Below are positions 9,711 to 19,571 of a DNA stretch of 64,000 nt, piece after piece. The notes under the pieces are model-generated. The model made no database searches. It worked only from the letters and a program-made list of their open reading frames with translations, and was not told the DNA's origin. How positions within the stretch are numbered: position 1 is the stretch's first letter; every line of letters starts with the position of its first letter. Origin of the DNA: an uncultured Actinomycetota bacterium (GTDB taxonomy: Bacteria > Actinomycetota > Actinomycetes > Streptosporangiales > Streptosporangiaceae); the NCBI GenBank assembly GCA_963748785.1, contig CAVVKP010000034.1, positions 31,421 to 95,420 of the forward strand. The letters run 5' to 3'. The translations under genes were made by a program, and so were the position numbers.

Positions 9711-11021
9711 TCAGTCGGCGATGAGCGTCGGGAGGCGGTCGCGGCCGGAGCGGCCGCCGGGGGCAGCGGCTTCGCCCGCGGCGGCACCGGCACTGGCGGA
9801 GGCGGGCCGGACGTCAAGGCCGGCCGTGGCCGTAACCGTGGCGGCCGGGCTCGCGGGGGCGGTTGCCGCCACGGACAGGTCGGCGAGGAAGCGGGCGATG
9901 TCGCTGGCCGCGCCGGGGCGGCTGACCCGCGCGGCGGCGGCGCGCATCGCGGCCAGCGCGCCGGGGTCGCCGCGCAGCCGGCCGACCTCGGCGGCGAGCT
10001 GGCGGGGGCGGGAGGCGTAGACACCGGCGCCGGCGCCGGTGACGAACTGGGCGTTGCCCTTCTCCTGGCCGGGCACGTACGAGGTCAGCACGAGCGGCGC
10101 GCCGCAGCAGGTGGCCTCGGCGATCGTGCCCGGGCCCGCCTTGCCGACCACCACGTCGGCGCAGCGCAGCCAGTCGGCCATGTTGCCGACGAAGCCGTGC
10201 GCGGTGAGACGGCCGTGGCCTGACCGGCCGGCCAGCCGGGAGACCCGCCGGTTGAGTGAGCGGTTGCGGCCGCAGATCACCGCGACATTGACGTCGTCTA
10301 CCTGGCGGAGGATCGCGGCCGCGCGGCGGCGCAGGCCGCCGGAGCCCTCCGCCCCGCCGGTCAGCACGACGAGGAACTCACCGTCGACGCCGAGCTCCCG
10401 CTTGAGCCGCTGGCGTTCGGCCGCGTCGAGCGTCGGCTGGCAGAACTCGGCGGCGACCGGCAGGCCGAGGGGGACGTAGCGGTCGTCGGCCTCGTCCCTG
10501 GCGCAGCGGGCGGCCATCTCCGCCGACGGCACCACCACCCGGTCGACCGCCGCGTCGCGCCAGGACAGGTGCGCGGTGATCAGGTCGGTGATCACGGTGA
10601 TCACCGGGGCCAGCGGCCCGGCCGCGTCACGCGCGCGGACCGCCGGGTCGGCGGTCATCGGGTGGAAGGCGACGATCAGCGCCGGGCGGCAGGACTCGGC
10701 GGCGCGGGCGACGGTGCCGTAGACCGGGGCCATGATCGTGCGGCGCACCGCGCCCAGCCCGCGCGGCGAGTTGCTCGTCCGCCAGAACAGCCACCACAGC
10801 CACGGGGTCAGCCGGATGCACGGCCCGTAGAGCCCGGAGAACCAGCGCAGCAGCCGGGGCACGTCCGGGCCGCGCAGCGGGTCGCAGATGACCGGGACGA
10901 ACCGGCCGGGCTGCAGCCGTTCCAGCGCCTGCGCCACCGCCGTGGCGGCGCTGCGGTGCCCGCCGCCGGTGTCACCGATGAGGAAGAGCAACGGCAGGGG
11001 CGACTGCTCACGGCTGGGCAT
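9711..11021 (-). CDS. MGDG-synthase/UgtP-like GT28 glycolipid glycosyltransferase
   Basis: DTGGGHRSAA, TVITD..AH.SW, VICGRN, ADVVVGKAGPGTIAEA, VPGQEKGN. Confidence 0.88.
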   Translation of the reverse strand: MPSREQSPLPLLFLIGDTGGGHRSAATAVAQALERLQPGRFVPVICDPLRGPDVPRLLRWFSGLYGPCIRLTPWLWWLFWRTSNSPRGLGAVRRTIMAPVYGTVARAAESCRPALIVAFHPMTADPAVRARDAAGPLAPVITVITDLITAHLSWRDAAVDRVVVPSAEMAARCARDEADDRYVPLGLPVAAEFCQPTLDAAERQRLKRELGVDGEFLVVLTGGAEGSGGLRRRAAAILRQVDDVNVAVICGRNRSLNRRVSRLAGRSGHGRLTAHGFVGNMADWLRCADVVVGKAGPGTIAEATCCGAPLVLTSYVPGQEKGNAQFVTGAGAGVYASRPRQLAAEVGRLRGDPGALAAMRAAAARVSRPGAASDIARFLADLSVAATAPASPAATVTATAGLDVRPASASAGAAAGEAAAPGGRSGRDRLPTLIAD

Positions 11022-11026
11022 TGGCT

Positions 11027-12339
11027 TCACCCGTTCTTCTCGGCGGCGACGCCGCGCGCGGCCCGCGCCCGTTGCGCCTCGCCCGCTACGGGCCGGGCGA
11101 GCGCGCGGTACATGGTTTCCCACCGGGCGAGCACCCGGTGCCGGTCGTGCTCGGTGATGATCCGCGCCGACGCCCGGGACATGCGGGCCCGCAGGCTCGC
11201 GTCCCGGCAGAGCAGGGCCAGGCAGTCGGCCATCTCCCCGGCGTGCCCTGGCCGGGCCAGGAAGCCGTTCTCCCCCGCGTGCACCAGCTCGGCCAAGCGC
11301 GCCCGCGTCCACGGCCGCCACCGGCAGGCCGCTGGCCATCGCGGCCATGGTAGCCAGCGACTGCAGCTCGGCCTGCGACGCGATGGCGAACACGTCGGCC
11401 AGCCGGTACAGGCCGGGCATGTCGCCGTCGGGGATGAACCCGGGGAACCGCACCCGGTCCGCGACCCCGTAGTGGCGGGCGAGCGAGCGCAGCCGCTGCT
11501 CCTCGGGGCCGGCGCCGGCCAGCACGAGCAGCGGCTCGCCGTCGCCGCCCGCGCCGTCGCCGCCGTCGACCGGGGTCGCGGGCAGCCGGGCCAGGGCGGC
11601 GATCAGCACGTCCAGGCGCTTTTCCGGGCTGAGCCTGGCCGACGGCCAGGATGACCGGGCGGGCCGGGGCAGGCCGAGCCGCTCGCGCAGGCCGGGGTCC
11701 GGCGCCCCGGGCGTGAACCGGGCCAGGTCAACGCCATTGGACACGGCCTGCGAGGGCACCCGCAGCCCGTGGGCGCGCAGCAGCCGCAGCGCGGTCATGG
11801 TGGGCGCGGTGACCTGGTCGCAGCGGTTGGCGAACCCGGTGAGGCAGGCGTAGAAGGCGGCGTCGCGGGCGCGCGAGCCCGGCCCGGCGGGCCGCGCTGG
11901 CCGACGCGGGGCCGCGTGCGGCGGCCGGCCAGACGTTGAGCGGCAGGTAGTGGTTGGTGTAGACGACGGGCACCGACGCGCGGCGGGCGGCGGCCAGGAC
12001 CGCCGCGCCCAGCGTCAGCGGCGAGTGCAGGTGCACCACGTCAGGCGCGAACGTGCAGATCAGCTCGGCGGCCCGCTGGCGGGGCAGCAGGCCGAGCCGC
12101 TGGCCCTCGTACCAGGGCCACGGCACCGACCCGCGCAGCTCGACCGGCGACCGCGCCGTCGGCGATGGCCTCGTGTCCCCGCGGGTGGTGCTCGGCGCCA
12201 CCACCGCGACGGCGTGGCCGCGCTCGCTCAGCCCGCCGGCCAGCTCGCTGGTCACCGTCGGGACGCCGCCGACCATGGGCGCGTACTGGTCGGAGACGAT
12301 CATGACGCGCAGCTTCCCGGCGTCCGTGGCGCCGCTCAC
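11027..12339 (-). CDS. GT4 family glycosyltransferase (several frameshifts)
   Basis: SDQYAPMVGGV, YTNHY, SNGVDL, RLSPEK, ADVFAIASQAELQSLATMAAMASGLPV, spread over three ORFs. Confidence 0.85.
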
Positions 12340-12606
12340 CGGCGGCCTCCGCGGTCCGGCGGGTACCTGCAGATGCCCCGGTGGCATCGCGCCGACCGGG
12401 GTGATATCCGCCGCCGGCGCCCGGCCCGGGGCCTGCGCACATCACGATGCCCTTCATGTCCATCGGACATGATGCCAGCGTTGAGGTAGTAACGGTAGTT
12501 GCCATCGCCCGGCAGGATCGTGGATCGGGTCAACGTCGTGGTGAACCAGGGGCCAATGCCCGGCGGATGCCGCGTGACGTTCCGCCGCGCGACCCCGGGC
12601 CGCACG

Positions 12607-13178
12607 TCACACCAGCCGTAGCCAGCTGTCGTGCAGCGGCCAGGTGGCGCGCAGCGTGCCGCCGACCGGCAGCGCGGCCCAGTCGCGGTACAGGCGGCGC
12701 ACCGCGGGCGCGGCCAGCCGGATCTGCTCGTCGGTGAGGCCGGCGGCCAGCTCGGCCGGGCGCCGGCCGGCCCGGCGCAGCCGGTCCCGGACGCCATCGG
12801 GCGTGTCGGGCCCGTCGCGCCAGCGGTTCAGCACCGCGTTGACGGCGGCCTTGGCGACCGGGTGCACCAGGCGGGCACGGCGGCCGTGGACGGCGAGTTC
12901 GTCCGGCGGCGCGCCGGTGACCAGCCTGATCCGCCCGTTCGCCCGGCTGACGACGCGGGACGCGGGGGCCGGCTGACGGCTGGGGCGGGCCCGGGGGTGC
13001 CCGTGGCCAGGGTGCCCCACCGCCCGCCGCCGAGGCCGAACACCGACTCGACGACCAGGTGCGGCAGGTCCGAGATGACGTGAACGGGCGCGCGGCGCGC
13101 GGTCCCGTCGGGGAACGACAGCCAGGTCCGGTCCCCGCCCGGCGTCTCACCCTTCACGATCGCGACTTCCGCCACCAC
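12607..13178 (-). CDS. Hypothetical protein (frameshifted)
   Basis: ORFs 12828..13403 ([13 protein letters not shown]) and 12607..13020 ([15 protein letters not shown]) join into one plausible protein. Confidence 0.6.
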
Positions 13179-13401
13179 GCTGAACGTTGGCGCCTCAGTC
13201 ACGAAAGGACACGATAGCGACGCAGCCGCGGGAAAGCCGGGATTATCGCCCGCCGGCGCGCCGGCACCGCCGTCATTGGTTTCAGCGGGGTGTTCACTGC
13301 GAGCCGGCCCAGCCGAGGTCGTCACGGAGCGCCGGGAATGCCGAGCGGGCCAGCGGAGGGACCAGCTCCGCTTGTCGGGCGGCGGGACTAGAGTGTGTGA
13401 C

Positions 13402-14028
13402 ATGACAGCTACTTCTGCCGCAAAGCCCGTTGTGGACTTCTACTTCGACCCGCTGTGCCCGTTCGCCTGGGTCAGCTCACGCTGGATCCTTGAGGTGGAG
13501 AAGGAGCGTGACATCGACCTGTCCTTCCGGGTGATGTCGCTGTCGGTGCTCAACTCCGGCCGCGAGGGCCTGCCTGAGACGTACAAGGAGCTCCTGGAGA
13601 AGGGCTGGGGCCCGGTCCGCATCTGCATCGCCGCCGAGCAGAAGTACGGCACCGCCGCGCTCCGCGACCTGTACACCGCGCTTGGTACCAAGCGGCACAT
13701 CGACAAGCGCGACTTCGGCCGCGACCTGTACGCCGAGGCGCTGACCGAGTGCGGCCTCGACCCGGCCCTGGCCGACGCGGCCGACTCCAAGGAGTACGAC
13801 GAGGCGCTGATCGCGTCCCACCACCGGGGCATGGACCCGGTCGGGGACGAGGTCGGCACGCCGACCCTCCACATCGACGGCGTGGCGTTCTTCGGCCCGG
13901 TCATCACCCGGGTGCCGCGCGGCGAGGAGGCGCTGCGGATGTTCGACGGCGCGCTGATGCTCGCGTCCAACCCGTACTTCTTCGAGCTCAAGCGGACCCG
14001 CACCGAGATGCCGCAGGTCGACAGCTGA
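13402..14028 (+). CDS. Rv2466c-family mycothiol-dependent DsbA-like reductase
   Basis: [41 protein letters not shown]. Confidence 0.92.
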   Translation: MTATSAAKPVVDFYFDPLCPFAWVSSRWILEVEKERDIDLSFRVMSLSVLNSGREGLPETYKELLEKGWGPVRICIAAEQKYGTAALRDLYTALGTKRHIDKRDFGRDLYAEALTECGLDPALADAADSKEYDEALIASHHRGMDPVGDEVGTPTLHIDGVAFFGPVITRVPRGEEALRMFDGALMLASNPYFFELKRTRTEMPQVDS

Positions 14029-14209
14029 CGCTGGCGGCCGCCGCCGCGGCCGCAGGCGCCGGTTACGCGCCCGGCAGGCCCGGACGCGAAAAGCGGGCGC
14101 GGTCCGCTGGATGCGGGCCGCGCCCTAGCCGTGATCCAGACGGCGCGGCGGCGCTTGCCGGTCTGCGACGATGGGATGACCAGGCTCCGGGCGACGGGAG
14201 GGCGGGCAC

Positions 14210-15065
14210 GTGGCGGTCGACGGCTTTGAGCTGGCGTACGACCGGGTGGGCAGCGGTCCGGCGGTGGTGCTGTTGCACGGGTGGCCCGGGGACAGGACCG
14301 ACTACCGGGACCTGGTGCCCCTGCTGCCCGGGTGCGAGGTCGTGGTGCCTGACCTGCGCGGTTTCGGCCGGTCCGACAAGCACGTCGCCGACCCGGCCGA
14401 GCAGTACAGCGGCCCGGCCCAGGCGCGCAGCGTCGCGGAGCTGATCACCTCGCTCGGCCTTACGCCGGCGGTCGTCGTCGGGTACGACATCGGGAGCCGG
14501 ATCGCGCAGGCGCTGGCCCGCGCCCGCCCCGACCTGGTTCGCGCCCTGGTGATCAGCCCGCCGCTGCCGGGCGTGGGGACCCGCGTCTTCGGCCCCGGGC
14601 CGTTGCGGGAGTTCTGGTACCAGGCGTTTCACCGGCTGCCGCTGTCGGAGGCGCTCATCGACGGGAACCCGGGCGCGGTCCGCGAGTACCTGCGGCACTT
14701 CTGGGAGCACTGGTCGGGGCCCGGGTTCAGGCTCACCAACGAGCACCTGGACCACCTGGTCTCGGTCTACGGCCCGCCCGGCGCGTTCACGGCCTCGGTC
14801 CAGTGGTACCGGTCGGGCGCCGGGACCGCGACGGCCGCCGTGACCGAGACGGCCCCCAATCCCGGCGGGCCGGCTGGCCACGCCGACGGCCGTGCTGTGG
14901 CCGGAGCACGACCCGCTGTTCCCCCGGGAATGGTCGGACCGGGTCGGTGACTTCTTCAGCGCGGCGCGGCTCCGCCTGGTGGACGGGGCCGGGCACTACG
15001 CGCCGCTGGAGTACCCGGCGGTGATCGCCGAGGAGGTCCGGCAGTTCCTCGCCGACGGCTCGTAA
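14210..15065 (+). CDS. Alpha/beta hydrolase, epoxide-hydrolase-like (frameshift near 14862)
   Basis: LLHGWPG, PDLRGFG, VGYDIG, WYQAFH; C-terminal GAGHYAPLE in another frame. Confidence 0.85.
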
Positions 15066-15156
15066 ATCCGCCCAGGCCCCGGGTCGCGCCGGCGCCGGGG
15101 CGCGCCGCCGGTAATCCATTCGACCGTGGCGCACCTGCCGGGGCAGGATACTCAGC

Positions 15157-15891
15157 ATGGCTAGCGTCGTATGGGACGGGGAACTCGCGGAGCATTACGA
15201 CTTCACCAGCGCGGAGATGTTCGATCCGGCGGTGCTCGGGCCGACCGTCGACCTGCTCGCCTCGCTGGCCGGCGGCGGGGCGGCCCTGGAGTTCGCCGTC
15301 GGGACCGGGCGGGTGGCCCTTCCGCTGAGCGAGCGCGGAATACCCGTCGCCGGCATCGAGTTGTCGCCGCACATGACGGCCGTGCTGCGCGGCAAGCCTG
15401 GCGCGGCGGCCGTGCCCGTGACCATCGGGGACATGACCTCGACGCGGCTGCCCGGCAGCTTTTCCCTGGTGTACCTGGTCTTCAACACGATCATGAACGT
15501 GACCACGCAGGACGAGCAGATCGCGGTGTTCACCAATGCGGCGGCCCACCTGGTGCCCGGCGGACGGTTCGCGGTGGAGGTGGGGGTACCGTCGGCCGCC
15601 GGGTGCCCGGCCGACGAGCTTGGCCGGGTTTTCGACCTCTCCCCCGGGCACGTCGGCATCGACACGGTCGACGATCCCGTCGCTCAGCTCACCTCCTCGC
15701 ACCACTGGAGCCTGATCGGCGGCCAGTGGCGGCAGAGCTCGGGCCAGTTCCGGTACGTCTGGCCGTCCGAGCTTGACCTGATGGCCCGGCTGGCCGGCTT
15801 CCGGCTGGAATCCCGCTGGGGTGGCTGGGACAGGTCACCCTTCAGCGCCGCGAGCACGAGCCAGGTCGCCGTCTACCGCAAGGACGGCTAG
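15157..15891 (+). CDS. Class I SAM-dependent methyltransferase
   Basis: ALEFAVGTGRVA, LVYLVFNT, RYVWPSELDLMA. Confidence 0.92.
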   Translation: MASVVWDGELAEHYDFTSAEMFDPAVLGPTVDLLASLAGGGAALEFAVGTGRVALPLSERGIPVAGIELSPHMTAVLRGKPGAAAVPVTIGDMTSTRLPGSFSLVYLVFNTIMNVTTQDEQIAVFTNAAAHLVPGGRFAVEVGVPSAAGCPADELGRVFDLSPGHVGIDTVDDPVAQLTSSHHWSLIGGQWRQSSGQFRYVWPSELDLMARLAGFRLESRWGGWDRSPFSAASTSQVAVYRKDG

Positions 15892-15930
15892 CGCCGGGCC
15901 GCTGGCCCGGATGTGACACCAGGGCTGGAC

Positions 15931-16140
15931 GCGAGTACTGGTACCAGGCGTTTCACCGGCTGCCGTTGTCCGAGGCGCTGATCGACGGCAATCCAGGCGC
16001 CGGAGGACCGGCTGCCCACGCCGACCGTCGTGCTGTGGCCCGAGCACGACCCACTGTTCGCCCCGTGAGTGGTCGGACCGGATCGGTGACTTCTTCAGCG
16101 CGGCCCGGCTCCGCCTGGTGAACGGGGCCGGGCACTACGC
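15931..16140 (+). pseudogene. Internally deleted relic copy of the alpha/beta hydrolase
   Basis: Aligns to about 14607-14676 joined to about 14862-15001. Confidence 0.8.
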
Positions 16141-16257
16141 CTCGGAAGCGGCAGCGCCGACCGGGGAGGGGGCCGACCGGGTTCGGCACCCTCACCAGGG
16201 TCTCAGGGGCGTGAACGGGGGACCACGCCCCCGTTATTACTCCGCTTGGCTTTGATT

Positions 16258-16938
16258 TTAGGCTGGGCGGGTGCGGGTGGCGCCCCACTGGTCCCAGTGC
16301 ACGACTTCGTCGACCGGGCGGCGCTTGGGCTGGGCCCAGCGGCCCTTGGCGGGGTAGCCCATCGGGATGAGGGCCATGGTCAGCGCGTCCGGCGGCAGGC
16401 CGAGGAGGGCGCGCAGCTCGTCCTCGTGGCCGCCGTAGAGGGTGGTGAGGGACGTGCCGATGCCGTAGGCGCGGGCGGCCAGGCACAGCTGCTGCACGGC
16501 GCCGTAGATGGACGAGCCAACGCGGGGGCTGGTCGCGTCGGCCGCGTCGCGCTGCACGGGGAAGACCCAGACCGGGGCCTCCTGGATGTGCTCGGCGAGG
16601 TGCTCGGCGCCGAGGAAACCGCGCGCGGTCAGGCCGCCGTTGGCGCCGGGCGGTGCGGCGAGGATCTGCTCGCGGCGGGCGCCGTAGGCCCGGTCCCAGT
16701 TGTCCCGGTACCAGGAGGCGACCTGGTCCTTGACCGCCTGGTCGGTGACCACGACCCAGCCCCAGCGCTGGGTGTTGCCGCCGGACGGGCCGCGGATGGC
16801 CGCGTCCAGGATGGCCCAGAGGATGTCGTCGGGGATCGGGTCCGGTGACAGGTAACGCCGCGCGGGGGTGGAGTGCAGCGCCTCGAGCGCGGTCAGCGGC
16901 GGCTCGTCGGACGGTAGTCCCGGTGTGGACGAAGGCAT
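16258..16938 (-). CDS. Nitroreductase family protein
   Basis: AAIRGPSGGNTQRW, SIYGAVQQLCLAARAYGIG, IPMGYP. Confidence 0.9.
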   Translation of the reverse strand: MPSSTPGLPSDEPPLTALEALHSTPARRYLSPDPIPDDILWAILDAAIRGPSGGNTQRWGWVVVTDQAVKDQVASWYRDNWDRAYGARREQILAAPPGANGGLTARGFLGAEHLAEHIQEAPVWVFPVQRDAADATSPRVGSSIYGAVQQLCLAARAYGIGTSLTTLYGGHEDELRALLGLPPDALTMALIPMGYPAKGRWAQPKRRPVDEVVHWDQWGATRTRPA

Positions 16939-16972
16939 GGGGGTGACCTCCAGCGTGGTGAGGGGGGACGGC

Positions 16973-17422
16973 TCAGGCAGGGCGCTGGCTGGTCGCGTAG
17001 GTGTTGAGGCGGTCGAGTTCGTCCAGGTAGATGCGGCGCATCGCCTTGGGGGCGAAGGTCTTCTCGAAGAACCCGCCGATGCCGCCCGCGCCGTCCCAGC
17101 TGGTCGAGATGCGCACCACGGACCGGCTGCCCTGCGGCTGCACGGTGAACGTGTTGACCAGGCTCGAGTTGGCGTCGGTCTCGACCAGGGTGCGGCCGGG
17201 TTCCGGCTCGGACGCCGTCATGCGGTACTCGCGGGTCCGCCCGCCCGCCGTGACGGAGAACCGGGTGACGGTGCCTGTCCCCACGCCACCTTCTTCGACC
17301 CGGAAGTCAGAGAACGCGGGGGGCAGGAAACGCGGATGCTGGTTCATGTCAGCGATGTGACCGTAGACCTGCTCCGCGGGAGCGTCGATCACGCGCTCAG
17401 CGGAAGCCTCCACTTTTGCCAT
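16973..17422 (-). CDS. SRPBCC (polyketide cyclase-like) family protein
   Basis: ERVIDAPAEQVY..IAD...HPRFLP; typical length. Confidence 0.85.
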   Translation of the reverse strand: MAKVEASAERVIDAPAEQVYGHIADMNQHPRFLPPAFSDFRVEEGGVGTGTVTRFSVTAGGRTREYRMTASEPEPGRTLVETDANSSLVNTFTVQPQGSRSVVRISTSWDGAGGIGGFFEKTFAPKAMRRIYLDELDRLNTYATSQRPA

Positions 17423-17465
17423 GCCTCATGTCTACCACCGGCCGCCGCGGGCCCGGCGCGCGGGC

Positions 17466-17592
17466 TCAGTCCCAGACCGGATCGGGTGAGTCGGTGACCG
17501 TGCCGTCGGGGGCGAAGACCAGGAAGCGGTCGAAAGGCGCGGCGAACCAGCGGTCGTGGGTGACGGCGAGGACCGTGCCCTGGTACGCCAAG
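17466..17592 (-). pseudogene. 3' remnant of an ABC-F ATPase
   Basis: AYQGTVLAVTHDRWFAAPFDRFLVF...PVWD*, an H-loop and C-terminus with no upstream gene body. Confidence 0.7.
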
Positions 17593-17643
17593 CGTGGGCA
17601 TCTCCGGGCGCACCGTAAGCCTGGGTGGCCTATTGTTTCGCAG

Positions 17644-18204
17644 GTGTCGCAGGAAACGACGGCGGGAGCACTGACGGCCGGCCTGATGGCCCGGGCCTGG
17701 CGGGCGGCCGGGCCGCTGCAAGGCTGGCTGGCGTGGCGGCTGCACGCCCGCTTCGGGGCCGGGGTGACCGGGGTCGTCCGGGCCTCGGACGGGCGGGTGC
17801 TGCTGCTGCGGCACCGGCTGTGGCCGGCCGCCGCGCAGTGGGGGTTCCCCAGCGGCTTCGCCCGGCGGGGCGAGCGGTTCCCGGACACCGTGGTGCGCGA
17901 GGTACGCGAGGAAACCGGGCTGAAGGTGCGCGTCGGCGGCCTGCTCGACCTGCGCAGCGGCTTCCGTTACCGGGTCGAGGTGTACTACGAGGCGGTGCTG
18001 GACGGCGGCCTCGCCGCGCTGGCGCTGGACGGGCGGGAGGTCCTGGAGGCACGGCTGTTCCCGCTGGACGGCTTGCCGGCCGCGATGCCGCCGCTGCACC
18101 GGGAGCTGGCGCTGCGCGGTCAGGCCGGGCCTGCCCGCGCAGCGCAGGTGAACGCCGGCGACGTCAGTGCAGGACGGCGTCGGCCGACTTGGCGTAGGGG
18201 CTGA
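17644..18204 (+). CDS. NUDIX hydrolase
   Basis: WGFPSGFARRGERFPDTVVREVREETGL. Confidence 0.85.
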   Translation: MSQETTAGALTAGLMARAWRAAGPLQGWLAWRLHARFGAGVTGVVRASDGRVLLLRHRLWPAAAQWGFPSGFARRGERFPDTVVREVREETGLKVRVGGLLDLRSGFRYRVEVYYEAVLDGGLAALALDGREVLEARLFPLDGLPAAMPPLHRELALRGQAGPARAAQVNAGDVSAGRRRPTWRRG

Positions 18205-19306
18205 TCTCGGCCGGGCGGCCATCGGACACCTTGACCGCCCAGTCCGGGTCGGCGAGGGTGGCGCGTCCCAGGGCGATCAGGTCGAACTCGCCCCGGTCGA
18301 GCAGGGCGACCAGCGGGGCCAGGCTCAGGGTCGGCTGGGTGCTCTCGGCGTCACCCAGGAAGGCGCCGGGGACGCCGACCGAGCCGACGGCGATGACCGG
18401 CAGGCCGGTCAGGTGCCTGGTCCAGCCGGCCAGCGTGCGCTCGTCGCCGTCGAAGGCGGGCAGCCAGTAGCGGCGGGTGGAGGCGTGGAACATCGACACC
18501 CCGGCCGCGGCCAGCGGGGTGAGGAAGGTGTCGAGCTCGGCCGGGCTGTCCGCGATCCGGGCGTCGTAGTGGCCGCCCTTCCACTGGGAGAACCGGAAGG
18601 CAACCGGGAAGTCCGGGCCGACCGCCGCCCGGACGGCCGCGACGACCTCGGCGGAGAACCGGACCCGGCCGGCGAGGTCGCCGCCGTAGGCGTCGGTGCG
18701 CCGGTTGGTCAGCGGCCAGTGGAACTGGTCGAGCAGGTAGCCGTGCGCCGCGTGCAGCTCAACGCCGTCGAAGCCGGCGTCCCTGGCCGCGACGGCGGCG
18801 CGGGCGTAGCGCTCGGCGGTGGCGGCGAGCTGGGCGGCGGTGGCCGCCTCGCCCACGGTCTCGCCGCTGGCATTGACACCGGACGGGGAGATGACCGGGG
18901 CGTCCGGGTACGGGCCGCTGCCCGGCTCGCGGACCGCGCCGATGTGCCACAGCTGCGGGAAGATCGCGCCGCCCGCCGCGTGCACCGCCTCGGCGACCCG
19001 CCGCCAGCCGGCCAGCTGGGGCTCGCCGAAGAACCGCGGTACCCGGCTGCTGCCTCCGGCGCCCTCGTCGATGTAGGTGCCCTCGGTGATCAGCAGGCCC
19101 ATGGAGGCGGCGCGCCGGCCGTAGTAGGCGGCGACGTCGGGGCCGGGAATGCCGTCCGGGGAGAACCGCCGGGTCATCGGGGCCATCGCCAGGCGGTTGC
19201 GCAACTTCAGCCCGGCCACGCTCACCGGGGCGAACAGGGGGGACGCGTCCACGCCGTCAAGCAGCGTGCGGGACAGGTTGTCCCCGTTGGTGTTCAGTTC
19301 GGTCAC
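18164..19306 (-). CDS. NADH:flavin oxidoreductase (Old Yellow Enzyme family)
   Basis: RNRLAMAPMTR, QLWHIG, GFDGVELHAAHGYLLDQF, NRRTDAYGG, RFSQWK. Confidence 0.93.
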   Translation of the reverse strand: MTELNTNGDNLSRTLLDGVDASPLFAPVSVAGLKLRNRLAMAPMTRRFSPDGIPGPDVAAYYGRRAASMGLLITEGTYIDEGAGGSSRVPRFFGEPQLAGWRRVAEAVHAAGGAIFPQLWHIGAVREPGSGPYPDAPVISPSGVNASGETVGEAATAAQLAATAERYARAAVAARDAGFDGVELHAAHGYLLDQFHWPLTNRRTDAYGGDLAGRVRFSAEVVAAVRAAVGPDFPVAFRFSQWKGGHYDARIADSPAELDTFLTPLAAAGVSMFHASTRRYWLPAFDGDERTLAGWTRHLTGLPVIAVGSVGVPGAFLGDAESTQPTLSLAPLVALLDRGEFDLIALGRATLADPDWAVKVSDGRPAEISPYAKSADAVLH

Positions 19307-19315
19307 GCAGCAGGG

Positions 19316-19362
19316 CAACGGTCCCGCCCGGCCGCCTATTCCGGCGCGCCGGAATAGGCGGC
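19316..19362 (-). promoter_or_regulatory. SigR/SigH-type promoter (GGAAT-N18-GTT) with its -35 inside a perfect 32-bp palindrome
   Basis: Minus strand GGAAT aggcggccgggcgggacc GTTG; palindrome gccgcctattccggcgcgccggaataggcggc at 19331-19362. Confidence 0.65.
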
Positions 19363-19571
19363 CCCCGTCACAGCCGATGCCAGCGGCGGCCGGCCACGCC
19401 CCGGCCGGCCGGCTTCACGCTGGCTGCCGTGCCCTCGCCAGCGCGCCCTCGCTGCTGACCTGCGGGGACGTTATGCCACCTGTCGTCAGGGTTCAGGGCG
19501 GGACGGCAAATCCCGCCATGGCAACGGAAATGTCACTTACCGCGCAAGGCGGTTGCCGGTAGCGTTATGGC

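Noticed and set aside
9711-11798. Apparent 695-aa GT4-GT28 fusion
   Set aside because: It results from a frameshift; the GT4 C-terminus has its own stop at 11027.
13402-14028. CPFA instead of CxxC in the Rv2466c homologue
   Set aside because: Single-Cys variants are common in this family.
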